This document shows positions 29,601-42,425 of a stretch of DNA of 64,000 nt, one piece after another. Source of the stretch: Trichosphaerium sp. ATCC 40318 (Eukaryota > Protista > Tubulinea); NCBI GenBank assembly GCA_038496445.1, contig JALMLS010000213.1:124001-188000 (forward strand), in the 5' to 3' direction. Made by a program: the position numbers and the translations under genes. The notes beneath the pieces are model-generated. The model was not told the origin of the DNA. It was given only the letters and a program-made list of their open reading frames with translations, and did no database searches. Every line of letters begins with the position of its first letter. The stretch's first letter is position 1.

Positions 29601-30004
29601 AGTTGCTGTACTTCTTGCTCTAAAGAGTTGCTTATCGCTTACTGCAACATTGTAAGCTATCTAATCGATGTTACAAATTTTGAAGCGTACCCGTTTGGTG
29701 AAGCTCGAAACCAATAGCCCAATTGAACAGATGTATTAATTTACCGTCTGCAAGGAAAATATCGATGATGTAGCTTGCGACTTTTGCTATTTTAGAGTGG
29801 TCTGTCGCATATTAGCCACAATGAACACTATCTTACTCACTACTACGTACCAATATTTAGGAGAATATCTTCGCAAACTATTTGAAGCAAAGGCAAATGA
29901 ACATCTTGTAGCAGCTATTACACGCGTTGGTAAATTAGAAAACGCTTTTAGGAGTATTGTACGTGTGCTAGCTTCTTTATGGATTCTTCATGCCGCGAGG
30001 ACAT
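26608..30004 (-). CDS. Ras GTPase-activating protein with coiled-coil C-terminus
   Basis: QLFRARS (arginine finger), FEIDP, FAFLRFICPAVVTP, LVLISKVLQNMAN. Confidence 0.92.
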
Positions 30005-30341
30005 AGGGTGGGTCGTTTGAGGTGTACGACGTTGACGGACTCGTCCGAGCGCCCCGGATGAACTTCTGTATTTAGAGTTTAGTGGTTGATTAAGCCGTGT
30101 CAACACTTCCAACACACAACAACACACGTACCTCCGCAATGGTGGTGTTATGCCTTTGACGATCATAAATCCCAAAAAGAACAAATTCAGAAGGTGTAGA
30201 ACAGAAAGTGGGTGTACACCTTTTGGGTGGCTTTTAGGATATTTTTTCAAATATTTGGTGGCAAAGTGGCCTTAATGCAACTTAGCTAAACTGTCTTTTT
30301 GCGCTACACTGTCCTGAAGGCAGCTCCTCGCACTCTACGTG

Positions 30342-32111
30342 ATGTACAATGATATGTATGACGAAGAGGATGATTTTGAAGACGAGGAGGCACAAGACAT
30401 ACTAATGATGAAGTTATACACTGGGTGCGTTAATAAAACACATTTGCCGTAATTATGAAAAAATTTTCTTTGCAACGGCTAGCAAATTGTCGCTGTCGCG
30501 TATACGCATTGAAAACAGCCTATTGGCGTGATTTTTAAATTATTAATGAGTTTTTCGCTAATTTGTACAGAGAATTCGATAAACCAGATGACCAGGAGGT
30601 TGAAAGCGGTGATGATGAATCAGAAAGCCAAGACAGCGCCAGTTCTGTCGATGGAGGACAAAAAACAGAAGTTTTGCATGAAGAGCAAATGGTACGCATT
30701 AAAATGAGGAGTAATATCGAATAGCAAGTCGCAATGCGTTATTGCTGATAATTATGACTGACATTTTAAATAAGGACAACCGGTTGAAGGATTCTACAGC
30801 CAGAGATATAGCACTGCGCCTCAACGTAGGAGAACAGGCTGATTTACACAATTTGAAGATAGATGACACGTTTGGTTGCGACGTTGTAAACGTATGTGAG
30901 CTCAAACCTTGTCTTCTTTTTTTTTGTACAAACAAAAGACCTCATTCTTGTCTATTAGGTCGTTGATACGTATTCTGACTCTGAGTCAGAGGAAGGTGGT
31001 GATAAAAAAAAGAGACGACACAGTAGGATAACTCCAACAGCTCAAGTACGTTAGAGGAACAGTAAATTTCATTTAACTTATTAAACAAAGCGTTACTTTA
31101 AACCTAAAGATAAAAGTTTTGTTTGTTTGGGATGTGGTCAATTCGGACACAAGAAAAATCGTTGTCCACAACGTGTACGGGTTTGTTTGTATGCCATACA
31201 TGTTGACCCTTCGTTTTAGTATGCTCTGTGCTATTTGTGCGCTGAGATGGGTCATCAAAGTCGGTTTTGTCCTAACAAATGTTGTGGAAGATGTGGCGTT
31301 TCTGGTCATAAAGCAGCAGTACGTATACATTTGATTTGTGCCTTGAGAAGTAATAATACTAAAATAAAATCTAGAGATGCAATAATCGTAATTATATCAG
31401 ACACAGATGTTATAGATGTGGTTCAATACAACACTCAACAGAGGTAAAGTTTTATGCTTCTTTTTTTTCTTTTGCCTTCGTCCCTCTTTAGTTGAGTTTT
31501 TTGTTCGTCTGTGAGACTCATTTTGATTTCTTTTTGTAGCATTGTACTCAAGAACGTGCTTTGAAAAAGAAATATGAAGATTCTGATATGACATCATGTG
31601 TAAATTGTGGAGATAGCGGTCATGTTGCTTCACAATGTAATGAGCCCACGTTTGATTATTTTAACAGACAGATGAATATATATCTTCCAGAGGAAGTATA
31701 CCTTTCATATGCAGATCGTGTAGGTGCTAGGCAGTACTATGGAGGTGGTAGAAGAAACAGTACAGGTAACTTTGTTTTAACAAACACGTTCAAAGAAACG
31801 GCAAGCTTACTGGCTAAATAGGTGGTAGTAAACGTTCTCGAGACTATCGTGATAGGAACGATAGGAACGATAGACCTCATAAAAGGCGGAGGCAGAGTGT
31901 TAGCGGTTCTGGAGATAGAAGAAATGGAGGTTATAGACGAAGTAGTGGAAGTAGTAGAACAACCGATTATGATCCTCATAGACGTAGTTCTGGTAATGGA
32001 GACCTTCCTCGAGGTAGTAGTGGTAGTAACAGTCGGAGAAAAGGTGATCGTGATGATAACAAAAGCTCAGAAAAACCTAAATCTGTCATACGTGACAAGT
32101 TCCAGTTGTGA
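30342..32111 (+). CDS. Multi-CCHC zinc-knuckle RNA-binding protein, Air1/2-ZCCHC7-like
   Basis: CLGCGQFGHKKNRC, CYLCAEMGHQSRFC, CGRCGVSGHKAARC, CYRCGSIQHSTEHC, CVNCGDSGHVASQC; acidic N-terminus, R/G/S-rich tail. Confidence 0.8.
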
Positions 32112-32586
32112 ATATTGCTTTCCATGTAAATACAAAAAAATGTTAATTGTCACATTATTATTTAGCACGAAAAGGACACAATGAGGTTGTATCAATCTTA
32201 ATCAGTGCCAACGCCAATATTGAGGCCTGAATTGGAAACATTATTTCTCAATTCCATTCAAACATTGTCTTGTTTGACTTAGTTGATCTTTTTTTGAGTA
32301 CAGCAGTAACTACTATTAATATTAAAAAGGGGAGAAATGGTTTATAACAGTTCTTGATTCAGTGATTAACCCGCAAGCATTTGCGAATTTATCACTTTAA
32401 GAAAGACATTTCGTTAATTGTACTGGTTCATACGGTGAAAGGCTAAGTAGGTTAACAATAAGGCAACAAGCGGTTAATCCTTACTGCCTATTTAGTACAA
32501 AATTCTCGGGCTTTTGTGGGCTACCAGACGTTGTTTTTCGCGTATTTATCAACTGTGGAGCTGTTTAGGCTGTATCAGCTTAAAGA

Positions 32587-34579
32587 ATGTCTAGTGCGAC
32601 TACATTGTCCAAGATAGCGTGCTATAGTTGTAGAGTACGCCACAGAAAATGCGACAGACGAATTCCTTGTGGAGAATGTACAAAAAACAATGTAAAATGC
32701 GAATACATACCAGGAAAGAAGCGAGGACCAAAGTCTGGTACGATTTAGAGCGACATGGAACTTTCAGGCATGTGACACGTATAGGCTTCAAGGGCTGTAA
32801 AAGTACCACTTTTAAGGTATACAGGCCTCCTAAAGAGTTAAAATCAGCACGACGCTCAAAGAAGCACCAAACACTTCAATTTCATATATCGAAGTTTAGC
32901 GGTTCAAACAACACTAGTATCCCACGCACATGAAGCGCAATCGTACGAGCGTTCGATGCTACAAGCGTTCATTAATGCTAATTTGGCACGTCCGTCAATC
33001 AAAGATTCTTGCCTAAAGGTATTCCTGACTCTTGTAGGATGTTTCTGTGGTTGTAACAAAGTACATAAGTTCTTATTTGTTCCCTGGTGTCGATCTGCAC
33101 ATGCCGAGTATGGATTTCGAAGAGTTTTTTTCTAAAAAGCGTACGTGTCCATATTTGGTCACTTAATTTCTAACGTTCTCAGCAACCGATAATAATTTTA
33201 AATGGTATAGCGCAATGGCAACATCAGCTGCAGTACGTATAGATAATGCTTATAAACGTATGACTACTACATAGGCTTTAGGAGACATACAAAGAGCGTA
33301 TGAATTTTTGGCAATTGCACAAAGTCTTAGTGACACCCTTATAACTTATCCGACATACGAAACTGCAGGTGAGATAAAGAAACATGTTTTATGACTTACT
33401 GGCTATGCGTTTTAGTCGGTCATTTCATTCTTGGTTTGCACTATATCGCTATGAACCTTATCCCTGCCGGTGTTAAAAGTTTCAGCGCTGGGTATCAAAT
33501 ATGTACATACTGTGAACGAGTATTCGGTCCACCTAAGAGAGGTATGTTGTGATTATGCCTCTTTGGCTTAACTAATAGTTTGTTGACATAGCATCCAGAG
33601 AGCTCTATATTGCTACAACTTTGTACATAGCAGATTTTTCTTACAAGTTTACTTTTGATAAAACAGTCTCGCTTGTTGAGTGTGATATTAAGCTACAGTC
33701 ACTGGTTGATGTATTACAAAAAGATGCAATGAATGACGAAAGGGATATGCTGAAAAGTATTCATTCATTTTGTACATTTTCTGGGTCAAGTGTAAAATTT
33801 GCAGTACGTGAGCAAGCGTTTTCTTATAAAATTCTGTTTGTTTTCTGGGTTTTTTAACTTAATTCGTAGCCTTGGGTACGGGATTACTTGGTAGAAGCTG
33901 ATAAGTATAATGCAAAGCTTCACCTTGCCGAGGGTAATATTTTAGAAGCAAAGAAGGTACAGTTAAACGAGATTTGAAACTCAAATGTAAGTTAACACAA
34001 AAAAAAGGACGCCGATCAACTAACGAATGACTTGAGTCAACTTCATGATACAGCACAGCTTATGTTTTGGCAAACTTATGCGTTGATTGAATCTATTGAA
34101 GTTCATGAAGTGCTTAACGATAATGATATGCTAAGCAAAGATTTTGATCTATTGTTGCGTATTTCTGCTCGGTTTCCTTTTGCACATGCCTTATATTTGG
34201 TAAGATCAATTACGTATATGTTGAGATTCTTTTTGCATTTGTTGACACAGTGTTTGTAGACTAAGTATTTGAAATTTAATTTTTTTATTCTTAGCAAGCG
34301 ACACAATTTGTTACAGCTCTTAGACAAAGTAACATCTCCCCTGTTGATATAGTAGGAACTGAATTAGTAGGTGAACATCTGGAAATTTTAGATAATATAC
34401 AAGAAGAACAATTAGAGTTACCATCAACAGACTACTACGATGATGGCACATTAATAACTGAATCACTTCATTTTGACTTTAGACATGAAGAACTTGGTGC
34501 ACTTGATTCCAGCAAAGACACAGCTATTGATATTCCTTTTATAAACCCTGATGAATTGGAAGACCTTCCATTCTTATAA
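32587..34579 (+). CDS. Zn(II)2Cys6 binuclear-cluster transcription factor
   Basis: ACYSCRVRHRKCDRRIPCGECTKNNVKCEY..KKRGPK in a frame missed by the ORF track; helical middle region, acidic C-terminus. Confidence 0.88.
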
Positions 34580-34756
34580 ATATTGTATTGAGTAACATAA
34601 ACAAGCACTAACCCACTAACTGTTCGTTCAAGTTCCAAAAAAGTGTCTTCCAAAGATGTATTTTATCCCTAAGTGCAACACTCTCCCGTTTTGTCTCTGT
34701 ACAATTAAAATATCTTTTTCTCATTGTTACTTAAGTGGATTTAGTAGCCAACCGAA

Positions 34757-37075
34757 ATGACGTGTATGAGAGCACTGATACTATTTTTCGCGGCAGTAAC
34801 TGTTATTTATGCTGAAGAAAGCGTTTACGGAGCTTACAAGTTATCTGGAAATGTCATTAATATAGATGAGTTAAAGCACGTGATTAACGCAATAGCTGAG
34901 CGTCAATGTTGTTTTAACTTTTCTTGTTTGTTTGTAGGCAAAAAGTTGATTTAAGCGGTAACGATACTCACTTTACAGTATTCGGTACAGGATCAAAGGA
35001 TGAACGCGAACTGCTTCGCAGATATGGTCTTTTTGTTGAAGATTTCGTTAAAGGTCGTCCATTTCGCGATGTTGCGTTTCCAAGTGGATACCACAATCCA
35101 AGCGTAAGTTCACGTGTCAAAGATCAATTGTTTAGTGAGCTTTCTTTTTGGAACCTAGTAGAAAAATTTTATGTTTGTAACCACGTGATAAATGTTCTAA
35201 TAGGAGCTTTTGAGCGAAATGGAAAGTCTTGTCGCAAAAGACCCGAAGATTGCAATGATAATTGTACAACAACTTTACCAATATTGCTTTTCTGAGCTTT
35301 ACATATTTTTTAGGACCTTATGGATACTTATAATATTCCTAAAACAGCTAATGGACGTACTGTTAAAGCTATAAAGATTTCTGATAACGTTGCTGCTTAC
35401 GAAGTAAGATAGTTTAGTTGAGAGGTAGCGAAGTAACGCCTTAGCTAGGATGAACCGAATTATATATTTGTTTCGAACTGTCATGCTCGTGAAGTCGTTA
35501 CGCCTGAGATTGCTTTAGATACAGCAAAAAGACTTATTGATGGTGGGTAAAAGATACAAGTTAAAGTATAGCTTACCCTGATTAGGTTATGGATCAGATC
35601 CTGAAATCACAGAAATAGTAAATCAAAATCAAGTATGAATCTTTTGGATCCTAGTATACTGATGTAGATAGATTGTGATTGTATGGACGTTTAATCCAGA
35701 TGGCCTACAATATGTTTGGAGTACAAATAATATGTGGAGAAAAAACAGAAGAAACAACGGAGGAGGTAAAGAGCTTAGTTCCGATCGAGAAATCAAATCT
35801 TTGCTCATTTACTGTGTTTTACAAATTTTCTCTGTAGGTATCTTTGGTGTTGATATGAACAGAAACTTCCCTTTTGGATGGTCAGGATTCCCTGGATCAG
35901 GTTCAACTAATCCTTCATCGGACGGATACCGCGGACCTAGTAAGACTTTTTGATTATTTTTTATCTTACAATGTTTCTATGTGCTGCAAGTGAGCCAGAA
36001 GTGCAAGCTGTAATAGCTTTGCAAGAAGACTATGTTCCAGACAAAGTACTAGGTACCTAAATCTTATTAGTTATTAGACGAGGATATATTTCGCCAATCT
36101 AGTGGACCAACCTTGAATATCGTTTTCTTTTTTTACTATTTATTTTTTTTATCTTACTTACTCTAGATTGGCATTCATATGCGAGAGATGTTAGACCATG
36201 TTATGGAACTTCTGGAGAGTTACCAGTAGTTATGAACAATTACTTTAGGTACAATGCAAATGATTTATTTTAGTAGGAACGGAAAATCAATGAGCTTGCC
36301 TTTACCTAAAACCATTTTAACGTTAAGCTTAATTAACTACTTTACCCTCATCTAGGGATATTGCTACCAAACACGGCGACTCAATGGGATACAAGCTAGG
36401 TAACGCAATAGCAATGGGGACACAGGTAATAGCTCAACAGAGACACGTGCACTCAAGATATCTGTTTCTGAAATTACCCTTAGCGTAATAATGCATACCA
36501 TACTTTTGGCGCAGTAGCTGAACTTGTTGAAACTGCGACTTCTTTTCAGCCTTCTGAAAACACTATGAAACAAGAACTCGTAAGGTACTGTCTTGCACAG
36601 GAGTTTGAGAATCCAAAAACAACCTTTCAAAAGGGTTTCCTTGTGCTTTGTTTTATTACTTGTGTTGTCTAAGAGTAACTCTTAGAGTATGGCCTGGTAC
36701 TTTGTTTTGGATTGACCTTCCTATTCCACTATCTGGGCACGTTAAAAACGCACAAGGTGTTCCAATAAGAGCTACTATTGAAATAGTAGATGTCGACTTC
36801 CTCTATGGAGAGTCCAACTACTCTAACCCTAAGAATGGTCGATACCACGTTTGGATACCAGCAGGTACATTGAAATATGAAACAATTTCTAAAACTGGTT
36901 TAAGGTCAGCGCACTGTAAGATTCACGGCATCTGGGTAAGTTGGTTTTTTTAAGGATTTTCATTTAAACGTTTTATAGGTACTCCCCTGTGACATTGACT
37001 GTCGAAATTACATCTTCGGGTGTTGTACGTGAGGTTGTGATGTCAAATCAAGAGCCGTATATCAACAGCCAATAG
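34757..37075 (+). CDS. Secreted M14 zinc carboxypeptidase (carboxypeptidase T-like) with C-terminal beta-sandwich
   Basis: Signal peptide; CHARE, FNPDG, WRKNR, GVDMNRNF, SEPE, DWHSY; LSGHVKNAQGVPIRATI regulatory-like domain. Confidence 0.9.
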
Positions 37076-37167
37076 CAAAAAGTACGAACTCTTTATCGTA
37101 AATAAAAAAATATGAACGTGAGAACAGCTGTATTCTAAACAACATGTTTGTACACAATGTTAGGTAT

Positions 37168-38395
37168 TTACTGCTGTGACGTATTCAGGACCGCTTTTAG
37201 ATACTTAACAACTTCTTTATGTCCATTCTTACGTGCTATATCAATTGCAGTAGTGTTGACTCCATTTATATCTATTGTCACACTTAAATCAACTACATTT
37301 GATTAGCCCAGATAGATACAATCAAAAAAATACAATCATACTATTAGGAGTGTTACATATCTTCTGTACTATGTCCAGATGTCCTTGGATACAAGCCCAC
37401 ATGAGTAAAGTCGCATGTCTCGTCTCTGCTTTTTGGAAGTCATCATCACCTTCAGAGATTGGAGCCGGATAGTAATAGTCGTTTTCTTCTGAGTAAGCTA
37501 GTAAAAATTATTCACAAACCTCTTGTTAATCACGTGCTTATGCCCGCCTTGAAATAAAGACTGAAATTACCTAACACAAATAATGAATATAAGGTTATCT
37601 TGGCAAGATAATTGGGAGAAAGATAATAGGAGCTCATACTCACCATAATACACCCAATCTATATAAGGTCCTATTGAATTTATGTTAAAGTTCTCAAAGA
37701 ACTCATCACCAATTTCTTCACTATCAGATGTATCTCCTTTGTGTTGAAGACCGTTGCCAATCTTAAGGGCAAGTTTTAAAGCCATTTCAAAGTTGTTGAA
37801 GTCCCCTACAACACTGTCAACAATTTTATCAACACTAGGACAATGAAATCCTTGTTTCAAACACTTTTATTTTACCTCTGTACGCAAATGCGATCATATG
37901 GTGAGCGGAGTTGATTGTTCCGCGACTTCCTGAGTTTTATTTATGAGCTTTAAAACAATAAAGCGTTTAAAAGTGTACCTATCCGCCCAGAATGTTTGTG
38001 TGGCTGTAATAGGCGACCCTTGTTGGGTATTAAACCGAAAACGCCTACAATGCGATTTAACGTGCCTTTAATTCTGTCAACGCGTCTTTGTACTGTTCTA
38101 GAGCGGTTGCGCCGATAAGTTGTTCTCTGCAGTGTTCAGAATAGTCTCGCTGTAGTAACTCTTTCCAAAGCTAAAACACGCCGTCAAACGATAATATAAC
38201 TCGTTTTAACGAATTGCAAAGAACCTGCGTACCTGTTCATCTTTCCCTATCCTCTCCCACTGTCTGCAAGTATATATGCATGAGCACAGGTCCTCAACAT
38301 CAATAAATGCAAAGATAAACACAAGTTTCTGCAATCAAGTTAACTTCTTACAATGTGCACTCTTGACGCCGCACCTCCTCTGGTAGAGTATCCAT
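37168..38395 (-). CDS. F-box + ankyrin-repeat protein
   Basis: MDTLPEEKLVFIFAFIDVEDLCSCIYTCRQW; TLLMWACIQGHLDIVQKI; TAIDIARKNGHKEVVKYL. Confidence 0.8.
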
Positions 38396-38785
38396 ACGAA
38401 ACGTTGTAGATTTGAAAGCAGCTTAACACAAAAAAAAAGTTTCAGTTAAAATAGTAGTTTATTGCTTACCAGATCTGTTCTTATACCATTCTCAATAATG
38501 GTGTACACGAAGATTCGAATGCATACCAGAACGTATGATATACCTGAGGATTGCTATAGGTGAACTGGCAACCTTGTTTATCTGGTGGCGGATCAGGTTT
38601 CTTTTAGGTTTTCGCCTTGACACAGTGTCTCCAAAAAAATCAATATAGAGCTGGCAGTGTAAACACCTTGTCCATAATAGCATTATTGTCTAAAAAATTC
38701 GTAATTTAGGCCTCGACGTGGTCAGATTAAGTGAAAGTAATGTCTTCTACAACCTATTTTAAGTCTTGAATCCGCAATTCTACAA

Positions 38786-39148
38786 ATGGGTAACATAGCT
38801 GGCTACTACGTAGAAGAAAAACTAGTTGAAGGAAAAACTGTATTAACAACAACATACAATGGACGTAAATACGCCCTCAAACCGCTATTTACATGTGAGG
38901 ACTGTAACAGAGACTCAGAGAGCGCTGTATGCACATCATGTAACACAAGGTATCAATGTGACGGCTGTAACAAAAAGATGAGGGTCAAAGAGAGAACTAA
39001 AACAAAGGACGGGTATTTTTGTGGATTATGTGCCGTAGAGTTATTTTACATGCATTGCGGTAAACGTGATCACAAGAAATATGGATCTTGTGGTTATGGT
39101 TCTTGGAGTTGCCAAGAGTGTACTGATGGCATGTCGAGGTACTCTTAA
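38786..39148 (+). CDS. Small intronless Cys-rich zinc-binding protein
   Basis: 120-aa ORF with five CxxC pairs; MGN start (possible myristoylation). Confidence 0.6.
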   Translation: MGNIAGYYVEEKLVEGKTVLTTTYNGRKYALKPLFTCEDCNRDSESAVCTSCNTRYQCDGCNKKMRVKERTKTKDGYFCGLCAVELFYMHCGKRDHKKYGSCGYGSWSCQECTDGMSRYS

Positions 39149-39469
39149 ATGTGTAAAATGGCGTTGTAAATAATAAAATCACAACAAGTTCTTCCATCGC
39201 AATAAATACAACCTATTGCTAGAGGTGAATTAGCACAAAAAACATAATGTCAGTCTTATGGTATAAAACTGAAATAAAACGTAGCCACAGGCATTGACCA
39301 AAGGCATTCTTTTTGCTAAGATTAATCAAAACTATCGTATGCACACGTGATTTTTATTTGGAGTTCCAAATGATTTGATTCTTAGATAATAATTTAACAT
39401 TCATCAAGTCTATGTACCTTTCCAGGCAACTTGTTACAAAGCAGTATGGTTTTGTATTGGTATCATTAT

Positions 39470-39665
39470 TCAAGACCTTGCAATACTGCAATAGTAACCG
39501 CTCGACGATCATAAAATAAGGGGCAATACCTGTATGTACCATATATGCCCGTATTAATAGTAACAAAAATCGATACCTCGACGATCATAAAATAAGGTTG
39601 TATGCACACAATCCTAACAAGTATTAGTGTCCTCGCATTGATTCTTTCCACAATCACAACATTAA
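39470..39665 (-). repeat. Two decayed copies of the 3' end of the adjacent Cys-rich gene
   Basis: cgatcataaaataag at about 39506, 39582 and 39813; minus-strand reading LFYDRR/LFYDRQ followed by remnants of GYFC. Confidence 0.7.
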
Positions 39666-39757
39666 TGTAGACAGCTTGCGTTTCATTCTTATTTGTTCAG
39701 AAATGTTCTTTTGTAGCATTACAAGTCAAAACAAAGTGTGTTTTTATTTTCTTACTT

Positions 39758-40482
39758 TTAGTAGCGATTATTAAGACCCATACAGTCTCTACAAAAGTAC
39801 CCACGCCCTTGGCGATCATAAAATAAGTTACCATCTTGACAATCTTTACATGCTAGCGTGTTATCACAACCATTATCACAACTGATTCCACAGTCTGGAT
39901 CAGAACATATTACCTTTTAGCAGTAGTCACAAGTGAAATTATCATCAGCATGCTCTCTACACAAAAAATCTTTACATAGTTCACACTGAGTCTTTACTTC
40001 ATCTGAGTTTAGCTCTATACAACTCGAGCACCAAACAACATCACAAAGTCCACACTTTAGTCTTGGTTCACACGCTTCGCATAAGAATTGAGTATTACCA
40101 GTATTGTCATTGCAGCAATCATTCCCATTTTCATCATCACTACAAAAATCATCGTTTTGGAATTGGTAACAATCAACTGCTGGTGGCTTGACAACTTGAT
40201 GGCAATAAAAACAGTATTTGTGATTAGATTTTTTGGCTTCTAAGAATTGTTCCGCATAGTGCTTCTCTGCTTCCAAGTACTTAGTACGCTCCTGTTTTGT
40301 CTATTTTTAAATTCCTCGAGTTCTTTGTTTTGTTCAGCGAGGAAACGTGCGTTCTCAGTTCTTATTTTGGAATTAAGAGCCTTTATTTTATCTGGGAACT
40401 GTTGATTTATAAATGGTTGATATTCTGCGCTGTTTGTCAGAGTTGTATTCAATTTCCGTTTTTTAGCTGCTGGAGGGTCCAT
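39758..40482 (-). pseudogene. Intronless Cys-rich protein gene interrupted by a frameshift and an in-frame stop
   Basis: ORFs 40240-40482 and 39917-40276 join by restoring 1 nt at the A4 run (40295-40298). After the TAA at 39917-39919 the same frame continues KVICSDPDCGISCDNGCDNTLACKDC...FCRDC. Confidence 0.7.
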
Positions 40483-40944
40483 ATTCTTTTTTGGATGTAA
40501 TACTAAGCGTATTAGTGTAAAAACTAGACCGCGTGTTCACTAGCTGCAAAAATGAAGTGGTGATGTTAGTCTGGAGGTATACAACTGTTGTTAACCTGTT
40601 ATTGCCTCTATTTACTTGACCCAAGTCTTCCTTAGTAATAACAGAAATGCGATTGATACTTAGAATCAATCATGGTAGAAAGCAAGGTTGTTTATTCAAA
40701 AAGATCGCTGTTATTACCAAAAGCTAGAAAAAAATTGAAAGCCACACCAAGGTACTAAACTGATCTAGCGGAATTTGACATGGCAAGCCAAAAGGTGGCC
40801 CAAGAATTTCTTGAGATAAACTCAAGTAATTTTTCCAAGTATTCACGACTTTATTCTTTACATAAATTCTTTAGCACTTTTATCGAATACTATCTTGTCA
40901 ATGATGAGGTCTTTGTTCACATCTTCTTTATAATGAAAGTGCCA

Positions 40945-41956
40945 TTATTTATGAAAACGAGAAAACATACAATGCATCTCCAAGTTGTCGTTCTCAAAAA
41001 TTTCTTCTAATTCGAATGTGATTGCCCCTGGTTTTACCTTTGCTAGGAACTTATTGGGTCCACACAGATGATGGCTTATACTTGTCTCAGAGAGCTTGAC
41101 ATCCTTTGATTCATGGATAGTTGTAGACGCGTCAAACTCTGCTTGAGATACCTTTGTTGATATAAACACGTTTTCTGAAGAGAAGATCTTCATTCGACGC
41201 ACCTCTTTGACATTGTAGATTAACGTGCATATAACAGGATAAAAGTCATCTTCTATTTCGGTTGTATACACCATGTTATTCACAATACAATTGTATTTGC
41301 TTCCATTTCGTTTATACGAACCGGTTATGTCATACGACATTGTATGAGGGATAGGCCAGTCATCGCTTTCATCTTCAAACGTTTTTAGCCTAAACGTCTT
41401 CTTTTTTGGTACCAGGACAAGCGAATACTCTGTCGATAGATTTCCCTTGCGACAGTAACGTATTGCTGATCGAAGAAGCGTCATAGTACTAGTCAGCTTA
41501 ATTATGGACTGCAAAACTTTCTCTGAAAATGGAGTCACTGAGTTTAAGGCCTCTCAAACACAGACAATGAGAAATGATAATTTATTGGTACCCATGTCTA
41601 TTATACAAGCTGTTGACACATTATATTCCAACAGCACTTCCTCTGCGAGCGATTGGAAATGGTTGCATTGACGGATTCGCCGGAGATTGGTCATGTTTAT
41701 TAAAAAGCTTCATTCTCTCTGATACGGACGTTAATTTTTTGTTGAGCTCCTTTTTATAGTCCCATTTGTTTAAATCTTCTATAGAATGATCGCATGCGTA
41801 TTTTGATGTGTACAAGTCCCTCCATAGACGATTATCTCTTAAATCATGTTTAAATGTCTTGCAAGTACGTATCAATGCTGCTGTTGATACCCAAGGGCTT
41901 TTACGGTACAGGATTATCTTTCTTATGACTTCAATTGGCAAGTCCGTTATGCTCAT
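40945..41956 (-). CDS. F-box protein; ORFs 41621-41956 and 40945-41538 probably form one gene (join uncertain)
   Basis: MSITDLPIEVIRKII...LIRTCKTF...DNRLWRDLY; a GT-AG intron (gtacc...ctcag) leads into the ATG-less start of the 197-aa ORF. Confidence 0.6.
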
Positions 41957-42425
41957 GGTGATTGTTTTGTAAATGTGAATAGGTGCCAGATTTTTTTTGA
42001 CGAAAAAAGACGATTGTTGTGACACTGTTTTCTGAATAAAATACACACCTAGTAATAAGAGTTCAACGAAGCAAGCGAAAAGCTATCAGCCTGATGAGTC
42101 GTGAAGTTACAGGAAACGTCAAGCAATGTAGTACTTTTTTTGTTGTCAATCACATGCTCATACACGTTTAAAGGAGCGACAAAGTCTCAGCATAAATCTC
42201 TGTTTTATAATCAATCTTATAGATGATAGACATATATCTATGGCGGTTACGGACAAGCCACGCTATACTACTTGCCCTAAGCTACAAGTTAGCGCTTTCG
42301 TTGGTGAAATAGGATGAGTTGTTACTTTACTTGCATAGAGGTGTATTTTATGAACGCCTTTCATTGATTCCTTTATCAGTAACTAAAGTGTTGCTGAGGT
42401 CAATAGCAAAGTGCCTTAACACCTT

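Noticed and set aside
31822-32184. Val/Glu/Ile-rich 120-aa ORF
   Set aside because: Off-frame reading of the R/G/S-rich last exon of the zinc-knuckle gene
39917-39919. In-frame TAA (and TAG near 21974 and 39615) as evidence of stop-codon reassignment
   Set aside because: Conserved genes end in TAA, TAG and TGA and contain no internal stops; these cases lie in decayed copies
42085-42125. CTGATGAGTCGTGA...GAAACGTC resembling a hammerhead ribozyme core
   Set aside because: Stem II lacks the closing R-Y pair, and I could not form stems I or III in any topology
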